A stretch of DNA of 63,804 nt, filler included, from Bacteroidales bacterium (GTDB taxonomy: Bacteria; Bacteroidota; Bacteroidia; Bacteroidales; CAIWKO01), in assembly GCA_035389045.1 (NCBI GenBank). It is 4 parts of 4 records of this genome, joined end to end, with 100 filler letters (N's around TTAATTAATTAA, not from the genome) between each part and the next. Parts side by side here need not be neighbours in the genome. Positions count along the whole stretch, not along the records: positions 53,622 to 63,804 come from DAOORA010000100.1; 3 more parts are not named here. One strand, given 5' to 3'. The first letter of the stretch is position 1. The number at the start of each line of letters is the position of its first letter. Under the pieces are notes generated by a model. It saw nothing but the letters and a program-made list of their open reading frames with translations. It did not search any database and was not told the origin of the DNA. Made by a program: the position numbers and the translations under genes. Below, in pieces: positions 59,897-63,804 of the stretch.

Positions 59897-62233
59897 ATGA
59901 ACCACAACAGGGACATTGTCATAACCAAACTAAAATTAGCAGTCATCTTATTTTTTGTTGCTTTTATCAGCTTTAATGAATGTCAGTCTCAGAATATAGG
60001 TATCAATAACGACGGAACCGCTCCACACAAGTCGGCCTTACTGGATTTAAAAAGCAATAATAAGGGATTTCTTGTTCCAAGGATATCTCTTATTTCGGAT
60101 ACTGATGCTGTAACAATAGCAAGCCCGGCCCATTCGATGTTTATATATAACACGAACGAATTGTTGCCTTTTGGTAAAACTTTTTATTACAACGAAAAAG
60201 ATTCTATCAATCCTCACTGGGTTCCTTTTTTTCAAAAATATGATGCCTGGCATACCATAGGAAACACCGGGACCACCCCGGGTCCAAATTTTCTGGGTAC
60301 GATTGACGAAAAAGATTTCATAATAAAAACATTCGGAAGCGAGCGAATGAAGTTTGATAAAAACGGCGGTACAACAAATCATACTCTATCTATTACCAGC
60401 CGTGCCAAAACATTCGACGGGGTAAATATTAATACCGACTCGGTTACCAGTGGCAATGGATTGAAAATTAGTGCCAATGCTCTTACAAATGGCAATGGAT
60501 TGAAAATTTTTTCCAATTCAACTGCAGGATTAACGGGTGAATTCACCAACATGTTGCAAATCACAAAAAACGGGACGAATGTTAATCCAGATCATATTTC
60601 TTGCGGAATTTTGGCAATGATTTCAAATGCAGGGGAGGACTCTAATCCCTTTAGCAATGGGTATACCAGTAATTACGGAGGCTCATTTTTATTGAGCGGG
60701 GCTCATTTCAGCGTTGGTGTGGATTCCTATGTGTTAGGGGTTCAGGACTCTAACCAGCAAAGGCTTACAGGAAATAATATTCTTATTGACGGAAATAATA
60801 ATATGAATCCCGCATCATGGACCACCGGATTATATGTGACTTGTATCGGAAACAGCGTAGGAGCGGCTCACGGATTAAACATGACTGTTGACGGCTCCAG
60901 GGTAATGGAGGGCATCCAAACTTCTGTACATAATGACACCCTTGGTTGTGGCACACCCAGTCATGGGGTTTCCTGTGGTATCAGTGGTTATGCCCCGAAA
61001 AATTCGGGAGAACACGCAGCCGGTTTGTTTACCAATGGTATTACCTCAACCACAGCCACCTCAGATTCCTGGAAATATGCTGTCAGGGCAACCAGTACAG
61101 GGGAGTTTTCAGGGACGAATATCGGGGGGTTCTTTTCAGCCTATGGCGCTCCTGAGGGACGTAATTTCGCGCTTATCATTCCTCAGAAAAGCGACTCCTC
61201 ACAATGGGGCGGATGGGTAGGCATAGGCACCATTAAGCCGGAACGGCTACTGCATGTTAATGGAACGGTACGTGTGGGCGGTTTCCTCACCCGGGGAAGG
61301 ATAGAAATAATGGCGAATGGGGGTTATGTATCTTTGAATGCAGGTAATAATTATCTGGGCGGTGAAATCAATTTATTATTGCCAACCACAATTGGTAATG
61401 CAGGAGATTTTCTTCAGGTTACCCCAATTACTGCAGATTCTGCCACCTTAAGCTGGGCAGCGCCAACAACGGGCTGGGCGCTGACCGGAAATTCAGGTAC
61501 AAATCCCACCGCAAATTTTTTCGGAACTTCTGACCCAGCCGATTTGGTGATAAAGACCAATAACAATGAACGGATGCGGATTGGATCCGGCGGTAATGTC
61601 GGTATAGGAACTACTATCCCTAATTCGTTGCTTCATGTTGCAGGAGAAGCACAAGTGGGTACAGCAAATGTCCAGGAAGGAAAATTAAGTTTTTATAATA
61701 CCGGAGGCTCTAATGCCATTACGCTTAAGGCACCCACGGGCGCAACGGCAACAGAATACACATTGCCTTCAGCAGATGGTGCTGCAGGGCAGGCATTGAC
61801 AACTGATGGAACAGGGATTTTACAATGGACTGCGGTAAGCCCTTCATTAAGTTCTGTTTCTGAGGCTTGTACTGCTGACGTTACTATGACAAATGCTAAT
61901 ACCTATTATACTGGAACTTCTGTAAATTTATCTTCTGGAACTTGGTTGGTAATAGGGCATATAACAGTTGCAAGAGCTAGTTCTGCTTTAATTTTTTATG
62001 CTAAAATGACAAACGGTACAACAAATTATGCTTCGGGTCAAGGAACAGTAGCAAATACTAGTGGTTATGCGACAACTGTTACTATCTCTGCAATTATAAC
62101 ACTTACAAGTGCAACTACGGTATACTTGCAAGGTGCATCTAATGTCGCAAATCAACGAATTAAAGCAGCACTAGTTACAAATGGTGCAGGAAATAACGCC
62201 ACTATGTTAAATGCAATAAAAATTGCCCCCTAA
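59897..62233 (+). CDS. Exported tail-fibre-like (putative trimeric beta-fibre) protein
   Basis: Signal peptide, QNIGIN..SALLDL..KGFLVPR head, two W..GN.GT.P..NF.GT.D..D..IKT...ERM repeats, VGIGT..P..LHV.G repeats, and YTLP..DG..GQ.LTTDG.G.L.W. Confidence 0.7.
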   Translation: MNHNRDIVITKLKLAVILFFVAFISFNECQSQNIGINNDGTAPHKSALLDLKSNNKGFLVPRISLISDTDAVTIASPAHSMFIYNTNELLPFGKTFYYNEKDSINPHWVPFFQKYDAWHTIGNTGTTPGPNFLGTIDEKDFIIKTFGSERMKFDKNGGTTNHTLSITSRAKTFDGVNINTDSVTSGNGLKISANALTNGNGLKIFSNSTAGLTGEFTNMLQITKNGTNVNPDHISCGILAMISNAGEDSNPFSNGYTSNYGGSFLLSGAHFSVGVDSYVLGVQDSNQQRLTGNNILIDGNNNMNPASWTTGLYVTCIGNSVGAAHGLNMTVDGSRVMEGIQTSVHNDTLGCGTPSHGVSCGISGYAPKNSGEHAAGLFTNGITSTTATSDSWKYAVRATSTGEFSGTNIGGFFSAYGAPEGRNFALIIPQKSDSSQWGGWVGIGTIKPERLLHVNGTVRVGGFLTRGRIEIMANGGYVSLNAGNNYLGGEINLLLPTTIGNAGDFLQVTPITADSATLSWAAPTTGWALTGNSGTNPTANFFGTSDPADLVIKTNNNERMRIGSGGNVGIGTTIPNSLLHVAGEAQVGTANVQEGKLSFYNTGGSNAITLKAPTGATATEYTLPSADGAAGQALTTDGTGILQWTAVSPSLSSVSEACTADVTMTNANTYYTGTSVNLSSGTWLVIGHITVARASSALIFYAKMTNGTTNYASGQGTVANTSGYATTVTISAIITLTSATTVYLQGASNVANQRIKAALVTNGAGNNATMLNAIKIAP

Positions 62234-62254
62234 TAATAATAAAATTAACAAATA

Positions 62255-63544
62255 ATGTTAGTTCGTAATAAGATAGGATTTTTAATAAGTATCTTTTACA
62301 TCCTTGATTGCGGATTTAACCATAGTATCTTATCCGCCCAGGCCCGCCTTGTTTTCAACGGTGATGGAAGTACAAAAACATATATGGTAATGAGCAACGG
62401 AACTCAGGCCACACCCATTTACTTAGTGGTGGATAATCCAGATGAAAATGCTGTAAGCCGCACCGGAACAGAGGCTGGATGGATCATTTCCGAGAATGAG
62501 TTTCATATCGTACGATGGAACTTGCAGGCAAACACAGGCAATTACCCGGTACCTTTCGGAGCTGCTGCAGGATCTGAGGCAGAGGAATATATTCCTCTTA
62601 CTTTCGGGAAAACATCCAGCGACCCGACAGATGTATTGTTTGCCACGTATGGCACCGACGTGGAAAATTCATTATTCCCTTCCATCGTGACAAATATGTA
62701 TGATCCATATGGCGGCACTCCTTCAGGTACTATAATTGACAGGTTCTATCTGGTGGATGTCACCGGTTTGGCAACAGCCACAGTAAATTTCTCATACCGT
62801 TCCATCGAAAATATCACCACTTCATTTCCTGCCGGCCTTACTTATGCTCAGCAATGGAATGATGCTGCACAGCAGTGGATGCAACCGGTAGGCCCCGGAG
62901 TCGCGGGAGTTACAGTAAACACCGGTAGTGTTCCGTCGGGCAGTATTTCCTCGTTCGCCTACTCTAAGGCCTGGGTGTTAAACCGGACGGATAATCCTTT
63001 ACCCATTGTGTTGCTTGACTTTTTTGCTGAATGTGATGAAACCCATATAGATTTAACCTGGAGTACCGCCAGCGAGATCAACAACGATTATTTTACAATC
63101 CAGCGAAGCCTTGACGCACAGAACTTTATAGATATTGGCTACCTGCCCGGAGCGGGTAATAGTAACGGTGTGCTTTATTATCATTACACTGACAACAATA
63201 CATTTAACAACACCGTATATTATCGTCTGAAACAGACGGATTATGACGGTAGTTTCTCTTATTCCGGCATTGTTGCCGTCCTTGCCTGCAATACCTACAC
63301 GCCGGAATACAATGTTTTCTTCAGCCAACACGCCGGAAAAATTGTGGTTCAGCATGAGGGAGAGGATGCATCGCCGTTTACTGTCAGCATGCAGAATGTG
63401 ATAGGCCAGCAGATCATTGCTGAATCCGGCAAAAACCTGAATCGTGCTGAACTGGACGTCAGTTACCTTGCCTTTGGGATATACCTTGTGGTGGTCAGGA
63501 CAGACAAGGAAAATTTTACCCAAAAAGTCTACCTGACGAGGTGA
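62255..63544 (+). CDS. T9SS type A sorting domain-containing protein, probably co-transcribed with the fibre gene
   Basis: PLPIVLLDF..LTWSTASEINNDYFTIQRS..YYRLKQTDYDG domain and C-terminal NVIGQ..GIYLV..TQKV. Confidence 0.85.
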   Translation: MLVRNKIGFLISIFYILDCGFNHSILSAQARLVFNGDGSTKTYMVMSNGTQATPIYLVVDNPDENAVSRTGTEAGWIISENEFHIVRWNLQANTGNYPVPFGAAAGSEAEEYIPLTFGKTSSDPTDVLFATYGTDVENSLFPSIVTNMYDPYGGTPSGTIIDRFYLVDVTGLATATVNFSYRSIENITTSFPAGLTYAQQWNDAAQQWMQPVGPGVAGVTVNTGSVPSGSISSFAYSKAWVLNRTDNPLPIVLLDFFAECDETHIDLTWSTASEINNDYFTIQRSLDAQNFIDIGYLPGAGNSNGVLYYHYTDNNTFNNTVYYRLKQTDYDGSFSYSGIVAVLACNTYTPEYNVFFSQHAGKIVVQHEGEDASPFTVSMQNVIGQQIIAESGKNLNRAELDVSYLAFGIYLVVVRTDKENFTQKVYLTR

Positions 63545-63804
63545 TAATGTTATTGCATTTATTAAATCCTGACGCAGCTCAGCGGTTTCTTAGTGTATAT
63601 TCCGGTTTTGCAGATTCTTGTTTCCAGCGTTATTGCTTCCCATTAAAAATAGATTTTGAAAAATTATGTGCAAAACGAAAAAAAAATAACACAATCTCAA
63701 GCAACTAAGGGGCGTCTGGTCGCATCAAAATGTTTCAATGACAGCGCAAGCCTCCTGGGTTTGACACTTGAACCGCCCATACCCCTCTGAAACCCTTATT
63801 CAGC

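Noticed and set aside
59897..62233. Diversity-generating retroelement target
   Set aside because: No reverse transcriptase and no template/variable repeat pair differing at adenines was seen in the window.
63706..63798. Further MITE at the window end
   Set aside because: Only a weak TAAGGG/CCCTTA end match; insufficient support.

Overview
This window comes from a Bacteroidota (Bacteroidales-like) draft or metagenome assembly. It is not one locus: four contigs (1-18066, 18167-36202, 36303-53521, 53622-63804) are joined by artificial 100-nt N-TTAATTAATTAA-N linkers, and there is one 100-N gap at 1544-1643. Contig 1 is a surface-glycan locus (KAS III, AsnB, GT2/GT4/GT61, methyltransferases) interrupted by two AAA_14/DUF4143 ATPases, a frameshifted GIY-YIG nuclease and palindromic elements. 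Contig 2 holds the 5' part of a 16S rRNA gene with tandem promoters, housekeeping genes (photolyase, pepD, fprA, parC, iorAB, sixA, glyA) and a truncated HUH/Y1 transposase. Contig 3 holds tatAC, tRNA-Arg(CCG) with a decayed island (RAYT, hsdM stub, DUF1848), a five-gene redox cluster, PBP1A and T9SS cargo. Contig 4 holds large T9SS/fibre-like surface proteins. The best candidate for an undescribed system is the cluster at 42181-45948: a heme lipoprotein, a DUF5777-like beta-barrel, a 7-heme membrane cytochrome, a cytochrome c lacking the usual distal Met, and a T9SS-tagged DUF2271-like protein with a DAVTGAT flavinylation motif. I infer this could be an extracellular electron-transfer module. 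A second recurring pattern is that both RAYT-like genes sit directly behind a ~30-codon stub of an unrelated gene. A third is a GIY-YIG-linked palindromic element with a gene-less, TIR-bounded sibling. All family names are from motif recognition by eye; no searches were run.
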